DNA of 64,000 nt from NCBI GenBank assembly GCA_964247055.1, contig OZ176052.1, positions 9,734,001 to 9,798,000 of the forward strand, in the 5' to 3' direction. Below are positions 14,838 to 27,828 of this stretch, piece by piece; the stretch's first letter is position 1; each line of letters starts with the position of its first letter. A model generated the notes under the pieces. The model saw only the letters and a list, made by a program, of their open reading frames with translations, searched no databases and had not been told where the DNA came from. The position numbers were made by a program, and so were the translations under genes. Origin of the DNA: Paragordius varius (taxonomy: Eukaryota; Animalia; Nematomorpha).

Positions 14838-15568
14838 GCTGTCCGGATTTTAAGAAACGGTTTTTTTAAATAGTTATATTTTATAAATTATATTTATAGA
14901 GATTGGCAATGGTATAAAAAAAATTATTTCATCAATATATTACTATTATAGCAGTCAGAAGCAGTAAAAACAAATAAATTTAGCTGTTAATTGAAAAAAT
15001 TTAAACATGTTTTATATATTATATGTTAGGGGATGTCATGGGTATATTTTCCTTTTTTCAGAATGGTCAACCCCAAATTTGATTTTACAGAGTTTCAAAG
15101 GTGTTAAAAAATAATGGCCTTCAAATATATTTGTAAATTAAGTTATCTTTGTGTTAATTAAGGACTCAGAAGTAATTAAAATTATATTTTTTAATTCTAA
15201 TTATGTAAAACTTTATGAGCTATATCTATAAAAAATAGCAATCGATACGGGCCTAAATGGTTTATTTTCAATATATAATTATTAACTTTTCTGATCTTAG
15301 ATCTCATAATCAACATGCAAGGTAATAAATATTATTAGTAATTGAAAAATTATTTTATCTAAACTTATTCATTTTTTGAAAAAAAAGACGTGATTGATGA
15401 ATGGAATGGTAAATTTTATTATTTTATACATAAAATGTTCCGATAAAAGAGCAATTTATATTAATCCCTGTTTTTTGCCCGCTTTCCTGTAAAAATAGGT
15501 TTTTTTGAAAAGCACAAAAAGCGTGCTTCCATTATAATTATTTATACTTTTTTTCAGCGCCGATATAA
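3059..15568 (+). CDS. Orphan micro-exon gene (MEG-like), ~34 exons, ~476 aa, predicted signal peptide
   Basis: Exons read by hand: 3059-3122, 3149-3220, 3255-3293, 3332-3424, 3829-3900, 4330-4428, 4489-4530, 4569-4637, 4681-4707, 4746-4769, 4823-4885, 5179-5295, 5474-5518, 5616-5624, 5696-5704, 5765-5782, 5834-5842, 6157-6285, 7169-7204, 7238-7246, 7281-7304, 7354-7386, 7478-7516, 8106-8153, 8614-8664, 8737-8778, 14722-14742, 14839-14859, 14900-14911, 14952-14963, 15030-15041, 15062-15100, 15301-15321, 15558-15568. All GT-AG, all introns phase 1, open frame throughout. N-terminus MLCPIVYIAIISFLKVDS. The 14722-15568 block could be a separate gene. Confidence 0.65.
5873..6110. mobile_element. 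Degenerate hairpin MITE (same family as 6899-7080)
   Basis: Inverted arms cacgttatagttggtcaattggcaatacagtagtg / cactactgtattactaattggccaacaataatgtg; boundaries approximate. Confidence 0.55.
6475..6686. mobile_element. ~200-bp hAT-type MITE (CAGAGGCG-type ends)
   Basis: Right end tagcgacgcctctg; internal sequence similar to copies at 25047-25274 and 63613-63803. Confidence 0.65.
6899..7080. mobile_element. Tc1/mariner-type hairpin MITE
   Basis: Long imperfect TIRs cagtgtgcattttaat...cactatagttgggcgattcgcaacacag / ctgtgttgcaaattgcccaaatatagtg...attaaaatacatactg followed by TA. Confidence 0.6.
8881..9171. mobile_element. Tc1/mariner-type MITE nested in the left arm of the 8818-11708 element
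   Basis: TA|cagtaaaaattgaaatt...aatttcaatttttactg|TA; ~80-bp TIRs with TA duplication. Confidence 0.75.
9490..11214 (-). mobile_element. Decayed, one-end-truncated hAT-Blackjack-like transposon
   Basis: Minus-strand frameshifted transposase fragments (RTKAEAIV, DASNHK, AYCADNTN, AHIIHKAIQ, KTRWLALLPAI). Terminus reads TAGGGTGACCAGACGTCCC on the minus strand from 11214, matching the Blackjack/MER94-type TIR as recalled. Other TIR not seen. Confidence 0.8.
11866..13481. mobile_element. Non-autonomous hAT element with 8-bp TSD
   Basis: TIRs cagtggcggaacta / tagtttcgccactg; flanks atagtgtt (11858-11865) and atagtgtg (13482-13489), 7/8 identical. Confidence 0.85.
14799..14834. repeat. (TA)n microsatellite (others at ~5746, 19742, 37464, 40075, 51227, 52567)
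   Basis: Directly visible dinucleotide runs. Confidence 0.9.
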
Positions 15569-15708
15569 TGTTCTAGCCTTATTTAGTAATTCTCGTTGCT
15601 TAACATCAATGACCTATGTTAGAGGATAATTGTTCGATAAACTGAAACGTTTTCATAAAAAATGTCGAGTGTTTATTGAAAAATAATTGAATAATAAACA
15701 AAGTAGAG

Positions 15709-15974
15709 CAGCGGCGCGAAACTTTTGCAGCCCGCGAGAAATTTAAAATACAAAATTTTACAAAATCTAAGTGAAATTGATTTTCAACAAATTTTCCGAA
15801 TAAATCTTTCCGAATTTTGGCAATGAACTAGCCGAAAATGTTAGAGAAATAGTATTTGTTTTCTTATGTTTGAATCCTGATAAAATATTTGTTAATTCAT
15901 ATTTATTTTAAGAATGGACCCGTCAGATTTTTCGATTATGGGGCCCACAAAGCCATTTGTGTTGGACACCCCTG
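15709..15974. mobile_element. hAT-Charlie/Buster-type MITE
   Basis: Ends cagcggcgcg / gttggacacccctg; flanks aagtagag / acgtaaag (6/8). Family copies at ~1880-2090, 33558-33882, 40005-40281, ~53975-54165, ~56860-57150. Confidence 0.7.
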
Positions 15975-18900
15975 ACGTAAAGTATTGAAATTATTATTTT
16001 TAATAAATACGTCTTATCATCATTTTTTATTTCGCCCACCTACCCACTCGCTTTAAAGTTTTTAGATTTGAAAAATACGTCCCCCAATATATCCCATGAC
16101 TCCCTGGTTTGGAACTATTGTATAAAGACGGTGGTTTCGATATTTTATTGGACTGTTAATATTTTTATTTTTCTCTAACTGTAAATATTTATAAAACTTT
16201 TGCTATCGTTAAGACCAAATCACAGTGAAGCGGTACAGTTAGGCTAGCCTTTTTTAAATATCAAATAAAATATTTTTTGTTCCATGTTGAAAGTTAAATA
16301 ATAAAAAATAGTTTGATTGACCAAACTAACTCAGATATCTGATGCGCCTTTAATGATAAAGCTTTTTATGCGAAACAATGCAAATTCTGAATACCAACAG
16401 CTAATTATTTCATACATTGTTTTGGTTCACATTTATAAATCATTATACTAATTTTAAAGGTACACATTGTTTCTGAATGTATATATATATATTTAGATCT
16501 TGTGCGAATCATCAGTAAAATTCTTCACTTAAATTTTAAGGTAATCTTCCATCGCCAACAAAAAAATGATGCAATTTACATGTACACTATTAAATTCTTA
16601 AATAAATCTTTTTCCTAAATATTACATTGTACAAACTGGCTTCACACTTCATGGCCTTTTAGGTTAGTTTTCTAGTTGCCCTTCGCAATTTTAATTGCAA
16701 AAATCTTAAATAAGCCCAAATTAAAAATATGGATTCTGTGTTATTTTAACACATCATGCCTGTTTCAAAAGCTATGACATTCCAGCCTATTTACAAGAAT
16801 TACCTGGTGAAACCATTAATTTGCTACAATAAAATGATTGGGAATCGAAAATGTATATATCGTTTTGAGATAATCTAATATTATGTAAATATATATTTTC
16901 AAAAATTAATTTTATGATATAATTGTAGTAGTGATGATTGATATGTCATATAGTTTTCAATAAATTTAAGTTCAGGGCGGGCCTTTTAACATTTAACAGC
17001 TTTTAAATTTAAAAAAAGCAAGCTATATGAAAACATTAACACGGTTAACAAATTAATTTGGAACAAAGCGATCCCGCCTTTTTATCAGTAACTGTTAGTA
17101 ATTTGTGGATTTTAATACCATACATGTAAAAATTATTTATCCCCTCCAGGATGAGTATTCAACATAAAAAATTAAAAATTAATAAAATTTTGACATTAGC
17201 TCTAAAACAAAGTGTTAGTTAGACTATATTTTTCCAACATCTATATATGTTGGGTGTCTACTCTAAAAGAAATCGGATTAATGTCCAATAAAAATTATAG
17301 AATTGTTGGGCTTGGAGAAAACCTTATTGGATTTATACGTTAAAAATTTTTCTACAATGGTACAAAATTAAGCATAACATTTAAGTGATTACTCTGTTTA
17401 GCAATTCACTTTGGTTTCCCAAAGGGTTCAACAGCAATGCAACTAAAATGACTTGAATAGGAACACGGTGGGGATGACCGATATTGTAAAAAAACCAACA
17501 ATGCTTAAACTTTTTGCTAGATTTTAAAACAAAATGACCAAGTTTTAACTCTTTTGAAAAAGCTCGGAAACAATCATAACCCAAACATTTAGTATAAATT
17601 TTTAATTAATAATTAGGTTTTAACAGTGTTTTTTATATTAAAAGTATTGATATTATAAGGCCAGGTTTCTTAATATTACAATAACAATAAAAACAGATGC
17701 CACAAAGTGTTGTTTAACCCGTATAAAGTATTGTCCCTATAATCTAAAACCACAAAATATTATGAAAAAAGGTGAACCTCATATTATGGCTAAAGATCAT
17801 TGAATTATTTCATTACTAATATTATTTTTGTCAGCCAGTCAAAATACCAATCATAAAATGACTAAATCTGTTAAAAATATTAATTTGAAAAAACAAAAAT
17901 TGGAAATGGTATTGGGTTAATCACCTTAGCTTACAAAATTGTTGAACTTAATTTTGATTCCTTTTGGTAGAATGTAAATTAATTAAGTTATATAATCTTT
18001 TTTATATTGAAAAGAAATGTAGGAATTATATTCGAAATATAGTTTTGGTGGGAATTTTAACCAGAAGAAAATGAATCTATAATTTTGAGTAGTATGAAAT
18101 AAAAACACAATCTGGGCAGTTTTGATTCCAAAAGAATTAAAGATGGTAATTGATAAATAAAATATTTTAAGAAAAAATATAATAAATATTAAATGTTTTT
18201 GGTTAATTTTGGTGGTTTTGACCAGCTGTAAATTTTGATGGTTATTACATTTCAAAATATCGTTTCAAAAATTTTTTTAAAGAAGTGAGAATTTCGTTAA
18301 TTATTATTTGGTTGCTGTGCAACTTACTAATACACCTCAAATATTATTAAGATTCATCTTGAATCATTAGTTTCGTGCAGCAAAATGGTAAAATATGAAT
18401 ATCCAGATGAGAAATTTAGTTGGCAACTAATATACAGTTTTTATAAATATAAAAATACCAAATAAAAAATTTAAACTGGTAATTTAAAAACCACACACAC
18501 GCATAAAATTATATCATATACTAAATTATTATTCAAATTACACTCAAAAACCATATTTTTTGAATTGTGATGGATGATATTATATATATATGGTTTTTAG
18601 GATATGATAATAAAAATAAAATGTATGTATGTACAGGAAGAGGATACAAATAATTCATATCATTCTCACTTCATATAAAAATTTTAAGTTTATGGAAATT
18701 TTGGGTTGAAGTTAAAAAAATTGAATTTTAATCACTGTATATATTAATGTCATAGCAACCATAAAAAACAGTTTCATCAATTAGCTTATTACCCTTTTCA
18801 CAATTTTTGACTTAAAACATTTTTAATTCAATATATTTTGCTGAAAAAACATAATTTGGTAAAAAATTATTATGGATTCAGAATCTTCCAAAAAAATGAT

Positions 18901-20653
18901 GGCAGAAAAACGCTCTTGAACCATCTGATCACAAAAAATTTGATGCAACCGAACATTCAATTAGTAGTTTAAAAAATTATCCTGATATTCCAAAAAATAT
19001 TTAAAATGGAAAAATAAAAGTTATTTTATAATGTATAATATATGTGACAAATTAGAGTTTACTAACCGTGTCATAATTTACCTATTTATACACTTGATTA
19101 CGCACAAACTTTATGTAATGCATGAAATAATGTAAATTTTTTCTCACAGTGGTGAATTAATGAGTCAGCAAAATTGTCGAAGGATCCGATCCTATGAATA
19201 ATTATATTTAAAAATATTAATTAAATCAATTTGACAATAATTAATAATTCCTTACATAAAACAATTAAGACTTACATCTTTGAAAAGATTTATATTATAA
19301 TAGAAAGTTAATATAGATGTACCATTTTATTTGCATGATTATAAATATTAAAATATATAGTTTCAATATAAAACATAAACTATACCTTCCCTGATCGTAA
19401 TTTAATACGATGATTCAATTATATAACTCAAATTTAGAGTTGCATGTAAAAATTTAGCACAATCTAAATATAATTTTATTTTGTTTTTAAATTTTATGTT
19501 TTTTTTTATATTTAAATTAAAATGAGTCTATTGTTTACATGAGAGTGTCTGTTTATCAAAAAAGTCATATATGTGTAATAAAATGTTAATGTCAATCATA
19601 TTATGCGACAAAAAACTTATTTTTATATTAGGAAGATTGACACGTGGCTTCTGCTAATATTTCACACTTATCTACGGTCAAACATATGTTATTTGGATTG
19701 AACAACTTTAAAATTTTGATATCTCAAAATGGCTATACATGAATATATATATATATATATATATATTAGTTTGTAAAATTTTTACTTTTTATTTAATTTT
19801 TAATTAATACTTTAATTTATATATCTGTTGCATATATTTTTGTTGTAGACACTTTATAAATATAATAGTTATAGATAGGTAGGTAATTACTTAGGTCGAG
19901 TTCGACCCCTTGAAATTTAAAATTATTAGTTCTCTCTCAGTTATACATCCACCAGATTCCTTCTTTATATGATAAATAAAGTCAATATGTAATCTAATCA
20001 ATTGCCTTTCCTTACTTTTCATAATTATAACAAAAAAGCATCCACATATATATTATACGATGAACCTTCCTGAATATTAATTAATCCTTGTTTTTTTATA
20101 ATTACATTCTACTCATAATTACTTTTTACATAATTAAATTAAGATTAGATTGATTTTGTGTTAATTGGTCATTCCTTTACACTATTCCCACACTTTACAT
20201 ATAATATTGTATAATTTTAATATGATGTTGGATTATGACAAAATGGGATTTTAACCCATATTATGCAAATATTTTACATATATGCTTTTGGTGTAACAAT
20301 AAATTTGCATTTTCATCAAAGGTTACATAAATTACATATTTTACAGAAATTGAAAATTAGTTGTAATTATCTAGATTGAATATTAATGATTTAAAATTGA
20401 AATTATTATAAAAATACGGATTTAGAGTGGAAATCTCCAATCACGTAAACTGAGAAAGAATAAACAAATTTTGGAAGCCCTTCCTCAGAAAAATTTAAAT
20501 TTCATATGTAAAATGTTTCCTCATATACCTTGATTTGTCAGCAAGACATCTAATTTTCTGATTATTAAAATCCAGTTTTATACTTTCCTAAAATTATTAT
20601 ATATATTAATATTTATATATATAAAAACAATACTCAAAATAAATATATAGATT

Positions 20654-21234
20654 AGATAATAAAATTCATTCTTATCTCATTATATGATAAAATTACCTGC
20701 CTTATATTTTATCTGTCATATTAAGCAACTATAATAAACTAATGAATGCTTTATATCATTCCTATTTGTCAAATATGTCGCGCAACAAAAAATTAAAAAC
20801 AAAACACCTATATATTTTATCGCAAAAAAATTATGCATTTCATTAAACTTTATCTTTCTCTCTCAATTTATTTGGAATCATTATTTTATTAATTTTGAGA
20901 TAAGAGATGTGGAAAAAATCATAAATATATAATTTATTATATAAATAAATTGATTTCTTTAAATATTTTTTTGTGGTAGATTTGAATGTTTCAAATACCC
21001 TGTAAAATCAATTTTAAATCCTAAAGGTCCGAAAATCTTAATAGATAATTATCAAATGTTAATATATCAAATATATGATATTGTCTAAAAGATTAGGCAT
21101 ATCTCATCTCATTATTTGACAGATAAAATTTGGAGATTAAGAAACTATTATCACGCAAATTTAGATATAAATTAGATACGAGCTATTGTTATAAATTAAC
21201 ATTATGATAATTTCAACTACTTAATAAATGATAA
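20654..21234. promoter_or_regulatory. Cluster of 12 WGATAR sites upstream of the GATA gene (candidate autoregulatory enhancer)
   Basis: AGATAA/TGATAA or reverse complement at 20654, 20672, 20685, 20709, 20850, 20898, 21043, 21049, 21121, 21148, 21205, 21229; about 3 expected in 580 bp at ~75% AT (rough estimate). Confidence 0.4.
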
Positions 21235-22581
21235 ATAAAATACCACTTAGAAAGTTAAAAAAATATAGTTTTTTCCTTTAAATTTCCTCATTATATATCA
21301 AATTTTTAATATTTTAAAATAACCTTTACCGAAACAATACTTTGTAGCATTATTTAATTTTATTGACTTTTCTAGCACTTTTTATTCAATTTGGGAGAGC
21401 TTGTTTTAATATTGTATAACTGATGACTGAGACCCTAAAAATTTTCAAAATTATTTAATAAATTTTTGTTTGCATTCTTGATGTAGGATTAGGTTTAGTT
21501 GCAAATCCCGACAAAAAGTTATTCTGTTGAGTATAATATGATAATTAAAACGTCAAAATTAAGCTAGTCAAATCAAATTTAGTTTCAAACTACAAAAAAA
21601 TGGCATAGAGCCACATTTCAATGTATACAAATTAACTGTCAATTATAAAAAAGAAAAGCAAATATCTTGAAACATATCAGGGAAGAACGAGAGTATATGC
21701 ATGCATATATTATGTAATATATAACATGGTAAGTTAAAAAAAGTCATTTACTTTAAAAAACCATATTTAACAAAAAAATTTTATTTTTATTAAAAACTAC
21801 AAAACACACAATTTTTCCAATTTATTATTTATGATATATATGGTTTGTTGCAAATATTTTCAACATGGATTTGTTTAAAATTATATTATATTATATAACT
21901 GACCAATCAAAAAAATATAACCACAAAAACATATCATTATATATGCATATTAATTTTGCTACATAAAATATTATTTAACATAATAGTAAATTTATTAGTA
22001 GTCATTAAAATTATGTAGTGTAAAATATTTATCCAATTATAATCTCAGCACACTGATTTTTAAATAATTAATTTTTTAATTATAATTATTAGTAATTTAT
22101 ATTGCCAATCAGAAAACGTACATTTCACGTTATTTTGGATTTTTTCGTTTGCAACAATTTTATATTATTATATCTACATATTAGAAACATTAGACTTGAT
22201 TTTTATTTCTATAATTCAGATTTGCCAATATCATCAAACATTAATTCAAACAGGTATGATCTTACAAATTGCAAATATATAAGCTATAAATTAATTTTTT
22301 GCATAAACGAACTTAAATACACTAATAAAATGATTTTATATTGCAAGAGTTCTTTTAAATGCAACCAGAAAATTTGATAAATATGATAAATTGAATGGGA
22401 AAAAGAATTAAATTTCATATGCTAACAACTATATAAAAACGATTTGTCGCGTCTTTTAAATTTCACACACATTGACTAATCAACCACCACACCTTATATA
22501 ACAAAAAAATATTGCAAAATCATTTTATATTCAATTATATAGAAAGAAGAGAGCTAGCTGATAAAGGGATATACGATATAA

Positions 22582-25500
22582 ATGAATTTTCCGTTTGAAC
22601 AAATCTTTGTAACACAAACAAGTTATAATTATGGGAAAATGGAATTTGTTGATAACATAGATAAAATTTATCATAATCTAAATAATGATAATGGCTGCTG
22701 TGATATACTACCTATAAATCATGTCAAGAAGAATGTAGATAATTGCTTTGATTGCAAAACGGCAAATGATACTATAAACACTGAAAAGGATGTCAACCAA
22801 ATATTGCGTAACGAAAACTTGAGAAATAATTTCACAGGTAAAAAACAAGATGATTTAAGAAATCAAAATACTGCTTTATCAGAAAATATAAGTTCTTTGT
22901 CAAACAATACAAGAGTAAAACCTACCGTACTTTTGCCATTTGTGTGCGAAGAAAATATAGTTAGCCTCGTACTCTCATCAGCATCATCATTAACTACTAT
23001 ACCAACATTTTCAAACTTAACCCAATCTCAATCCCAATCCCATTCACCATATAATGTTGAAAATGGTTACTACAATTCTTTGCCATCAAAATTTTATACA
23101 TCGGCACAAAACGGTTATAGTTTAGAAACTGTTAAAGCTTTTCCAAATAATTACAGTAACCATTTCTACTACGACCCATTCACGGTTCAAATGATGAAGG
23201 GTGAGTTGTTAAAAAATCGTTCGGATGCAATCATTTCTCAATCGACGCCAGAACCGGTATACTCATGTCAATCACATCAACAACAAACACCAAACAACAA
23301 TGTTACAAATTCAGTCAGTTTTGTTGGAATCGAAGAAGAAAATAAATTAAACAAAAACCAAATCAAACTATCATGTGATACAAAAGGTGATGGGAGGACA
23401 GACCAGGAAATTTTGCAACAAAAACCGTTGGAAAATGATATGAATGATCACATTGTAGTTGGAAGTGAAAATATTATTATTAATAATAATAATAATAATA
23501 ATAATAATTTTAAATCTATTTATCTACCAGCCTTTGTGCCCTACCCAATCCCCTATGTACCGCCAATAGTATCAAACAGTTTTAGTCATGAAAAATTTTT
23601 TGGATCCCCTTATCTTTATGGTAATATACACAATAGATAAAATATATTAACAATGAGAGCGTTAGGTTATATGCAACACATTTTTAAGATCCCTAATAAA
23701 CTATTATTTAATGGCTAGGAAAAAACTTGCAAAATTCTAATATTAAATATTAGCAATCAAAACTATCTCTTTTACTAAATTGAAAGATAAACACAATTAT
23801 ATTTAGGCTAATAAATAAGACCCGAAGTCATTTTTGTGTTAAATAAATTGAAGATTTAGATAACACAGTATTTTCAAAGCCAGATATTATAACAAATTAA
23901 CCGTTTGTCTTTTATCAACTTAGCCAACTCAGTCATGAGACCCAATGCCATTCCATACAGCCAATCATCAAATCTTTACTTCCCAGAAACGTCTGCTCTC
24001 TCCTCATCCGCCAATCTAACTATCAATCAAATAATGCAAAACCACCAAAATTCTAGCCCTTTTCAAGGGCATAAATCAAATGATGTTAAAGATAATCTTA
24101 ACCCCATCCCTCCAACACTTTTAGAGTACATGTCGTGCCCATATAATTTGTATGGTGGAACATATAATCATCCTTTACGAATTTCGTTGACAACCACCCC
24201 GTCTGAAGGTTTATACGCCATGTCATCACCTCACATTCCTCCTGATCATGAAAATAATAATAATAATGCTAATAATCATCACAACATAAATTTGGTGGGC
24301 CATGATAAAACATCACCGTATTATCCTGTAAATTACAGTAACAACATAGATGTCATGAGAAATAGAAGCATTGACCCACGTACACCAGAAGAAAGCTCGA
24401 GAGATGTTGAAAGCGATCATCAGAATGATTGGATAGCGAATTATTGCGACAAATATTGCGCCGGCAATGGAAATGTTAGTAATAATTACAATAATGCCCC
24501 TATTTTTTCGTCCAGCCCAGCCTTAAGCGGTACTCCATTGATTACACCCAAAGATGTGTGGAAACGAAAATTTGGACATGATAGTGTCGATGATAAAAGA
24601 AACTGTCAACTTACAAATATACGCGACAAACGAAAACGCTTTAATGCAATGAATCCAAATTACACTGGTAAATTTTAATGCCTTTTAGATATATATACTT
24701 TGGTGTTTTTCTATTATAAAAAAATTACTTTCTTTGATTCAACTTTTATGTATCTAATTTTTTTTGAAAATTTTTGAATTAAATTCATTTCTAAGGCATG
24801 TTCCATGAAACTCACCAAAGAGAATGTGTCATGTGTGGAAAGGGACAAAGTAACATTAAAAATCTAAACAGTAATCAAATTGGTGATGAAGAATGGTATA
24901 CAGATCCTTTGACTCAACAATACCTTTGTACATCTTGTTATAAAATTCGAATTAATCATCAAAACGCTGCTAGTAAGTATTTTACACATTTATTACATGG
25001 TATTCCATCTAACACAATGGTGCTCATCAAAAATTTTAACGCAAATCAGAGGCGTAGCTAAGGGGGTAAGAAAGGAGAATGCACTGGGTGCCATAGTTGA
25101 AGGGGCGTCGGATTTTAAAATTTTTTAATTTATCAAAAAAATAGGTATTTAAAAGTTATTATTTCAAATAATACATAAAAAATCACCCATTTATAAATAC
25201 GGTTTGAATTTGATTATTAATCTTAAATGCAAGGAGTTGCATGGGGGGGGGGGGGGGGGCATGCTACGCCTTTGGGCCAAATTAAATGGCTGTTCTTGTC
25301 ACAAAGGCCGTGCACCAATACAGATAATTATTGATGCACAAATTTATTCTTAGGAAGATAAACGAATATAGTTCAGGGCCATAAACAATTTTAGGGCCGC
25401 GGTTTGGGTACCACTGATATAATAACTTTAAGTTGCAATTAATAAAAACAATTTATATTAAACAAATAGCAGAGCGTATGGTGTGAAATTTAGTGTCATA

Positions 25501-27828
25501 AAAATTATACATTTACTTAACCCTAATCATTTTAACTTTTTAATAATCAGAGTATGTTGAATATAACAATTGTTTTATTTTTTCAACTATTTATATTACA
25601 AAAGATAAGCGCCTAAACGGCATACTCGACCCTAATATGCAATACAATGACATGTATCACAAAAATTTGGATCACAATGGTAAAATCCTGCTGCCCTATC
25701 CTTTTAACATTACCGAAGAATGCAAAGAAAGAATATCTCCTTCCAAGCACAAATCAATAACTATGGGAGAAAAATCAGCTTTGTGCAATAAAAAAGTATT
25801 TAGATTAACTTTTAACAATTTATGTGTATGTATAATTCTTAAATACCGCCAAATATCATAATAAAAAATTGGGGGTTACATTGCATTTGCGGATATAAAA
25901 ACCCGATAACCGATTTTTAGAAGACAGTTGACTGGTATAAATCATTTTGGGGTTTTATAACCCCAATGTATTCATTTTTTTTGGATACTCATAGATGACT
26001 TTTTTTAAAATACCTATTAAAATAAAAATTTTGCTAAAATTTACAAATTTTGAAAATGTTTTTTTAAGACATATATTTTATTAGCAGGTGGTCAACATGT
26101 CCAAAAAAATGGGAATATACTGTGCAAATTGTGGAACAACCTCTACAACGCTTTGGCGACGAAATTGCATTGGAGAACCAGTTTGTAATGCTTGTGGACT
26201 ATATTTCAAGCTACATAATGTAAATTTTTCAATTTAATTTAACTATATTTTTTAAGCTTACTACAAGTTTGATTAATTTAATTTAAATAATTTAAAATAA
26301 AATTTTATGAAATATTTTTAGTTTTTCGTAAATATATATTTTTGGAATTTTGTGTTTTAAATACAGGTCTAAAAAATTTATTTGTTAAAATTTTATTTTT
26401 ATTTAATCCATTAATGGACTTTATTTTTAAACAAAACAAATTTAATTTCAAGGTAACATTTCAATATTTTTTAATTAATATTTATGTTTTTTTGCAATAA
26501 TTATATATCTAATCATAAATTTTGTTTTGTTTTATGAACTATAATCTGTTACTAATGTGCGTTCATTAGTAAATTGTTAAATCGTGCAATATTTTCATGG
26601 TCAATGTCAAATGTAATAAATACTTTTATTTTATAAATTATAAGCTTTTTATTAAATATTTATTAGATAATTTAAATAAAAAATAAAAGGGCTAAGCGTG
26701 GATAATTAATTTTTTGACACGAGAACAATTAAAAAAAGAAGTTTATTAATTCTGGTTTATGAAAAACAATTTAAAAGTATGTTCATTTTGAAAGTGCAAG
26801 AAACTAATTAAATATGATTCTTAATTAACCCTTACTTGAAAAACCTTTATAAATTTTGAAAAAATATTTTTATTTAGGTAAACCGACCATTGGCAATGAA
26901 AAAAGAAAGTATCCAAACGCGAAAACGCAAACCGAGGGAAGACATCGCTAAAATGATGGATGAAAAAAAGCAAGATTTCTCAGCATTCCTAAGTGGAACT
27001 AATAACCATGTCTACGATGCAATAGTATCCAATACCCTTAATGTTAAAGGTATAAGGCATATTAATAAAATTTTTATCTATATTAGACGCCCCTAAGATA
27101 ATTGTGGGGAAAATATACGGCACATCATCTAACCTTTTACAAAAGAGCTTAAATTTGAATAATATGTAAAAAATATATACCCGATTTAATTTAATGAAGC
27201 GCAATTAGTTCCCACCCTCTTTACAAGCATAGTTTTTTAAATTTAAAAGGCCCAAAGTTAAGCAATTTTTCGGAAAAAATATAGGACCATTATATTGCTT
27301 AGGGCATAACAGAGAGTTTCAAGTAATTAGGATAAGTCTTACTCAAAGGTGTGATTATAAGGCACAATTTTGAATCATTCTTAAAAAAGAGAACTGCTCA
27401 AAAATTATTTGTATTTGTGCCTAGGTTAAATTATTTTTAAAGTCTGTAAGTTTCGCCCTACCCCACTGTATGATTATTGTAAATACACATCCTCATAGTA
27501 AAAAATCTCCATATATAATGAATTTTCACATTCTGAGTTAGTTGGATTTTCTTAAATACTTATTTAAATAATAATACCATACTTTTTATACATAACATAA
27601 TCTTTACTCGACACCTAATTTCATTCATAAAAGTTTGTTCCATATCACCTAAAGTATTGGTTTGTAGATTATTGTTAGTTTAGCATAAACCAAAAATCGA
27701 AATGCAATTTATTGAGTTTTGATATGATTATTACATAATTTTATTTAACAGGTCAACCCTATATAAACAACAATTACTATCATATGGCAGATCAAATCGT
27801 TCGACACCATGCAATCACAAACAATTAA
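22582..27828 (+). CDS. GATA456: GATA456-class GATA transcription factor (~843 aa if all exons join)
   Basis: Exons 22582-23620, 23924-24667, 24796-24972, 25605-25795, 26088-26219, 26878-27049, 27752-27828 join in frame. C-finger [33 protein letters not shown]|[19 protein letters not shown]; EPVC and TRKRKP are GATA4/5/6-pannier signatures. Joining of the first exon is less certain (it could end at its own stop, 23640). Confidence 0.9.
25047..25274. mobile_element. hAT-type MITE in a GATA intron
   Basis: TIRs cagaggcgtagc / gctacgcctttg; flanks acgcaaat / ggccaaat (5/8); poly-G tract inside. Confidence 0.7.

Noticed and set aside
16165-16243. tcacagtgaagcggt resembles miR-128
   Set aside because: Only 9 terminal base pairs form; no pre-miRNA stem, and miR-128 is a chordate family.
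16490-16880. GC-richer segment with short open frames
   Set aside because: No consistent exon chain or recognisable domain on either strand.
19879-19896. ggtcgagttcgacc looks like a tRNA T-loop / B box
   Set aside because: No cloverleaf or A box nearby; only a 6-bp hairpin.
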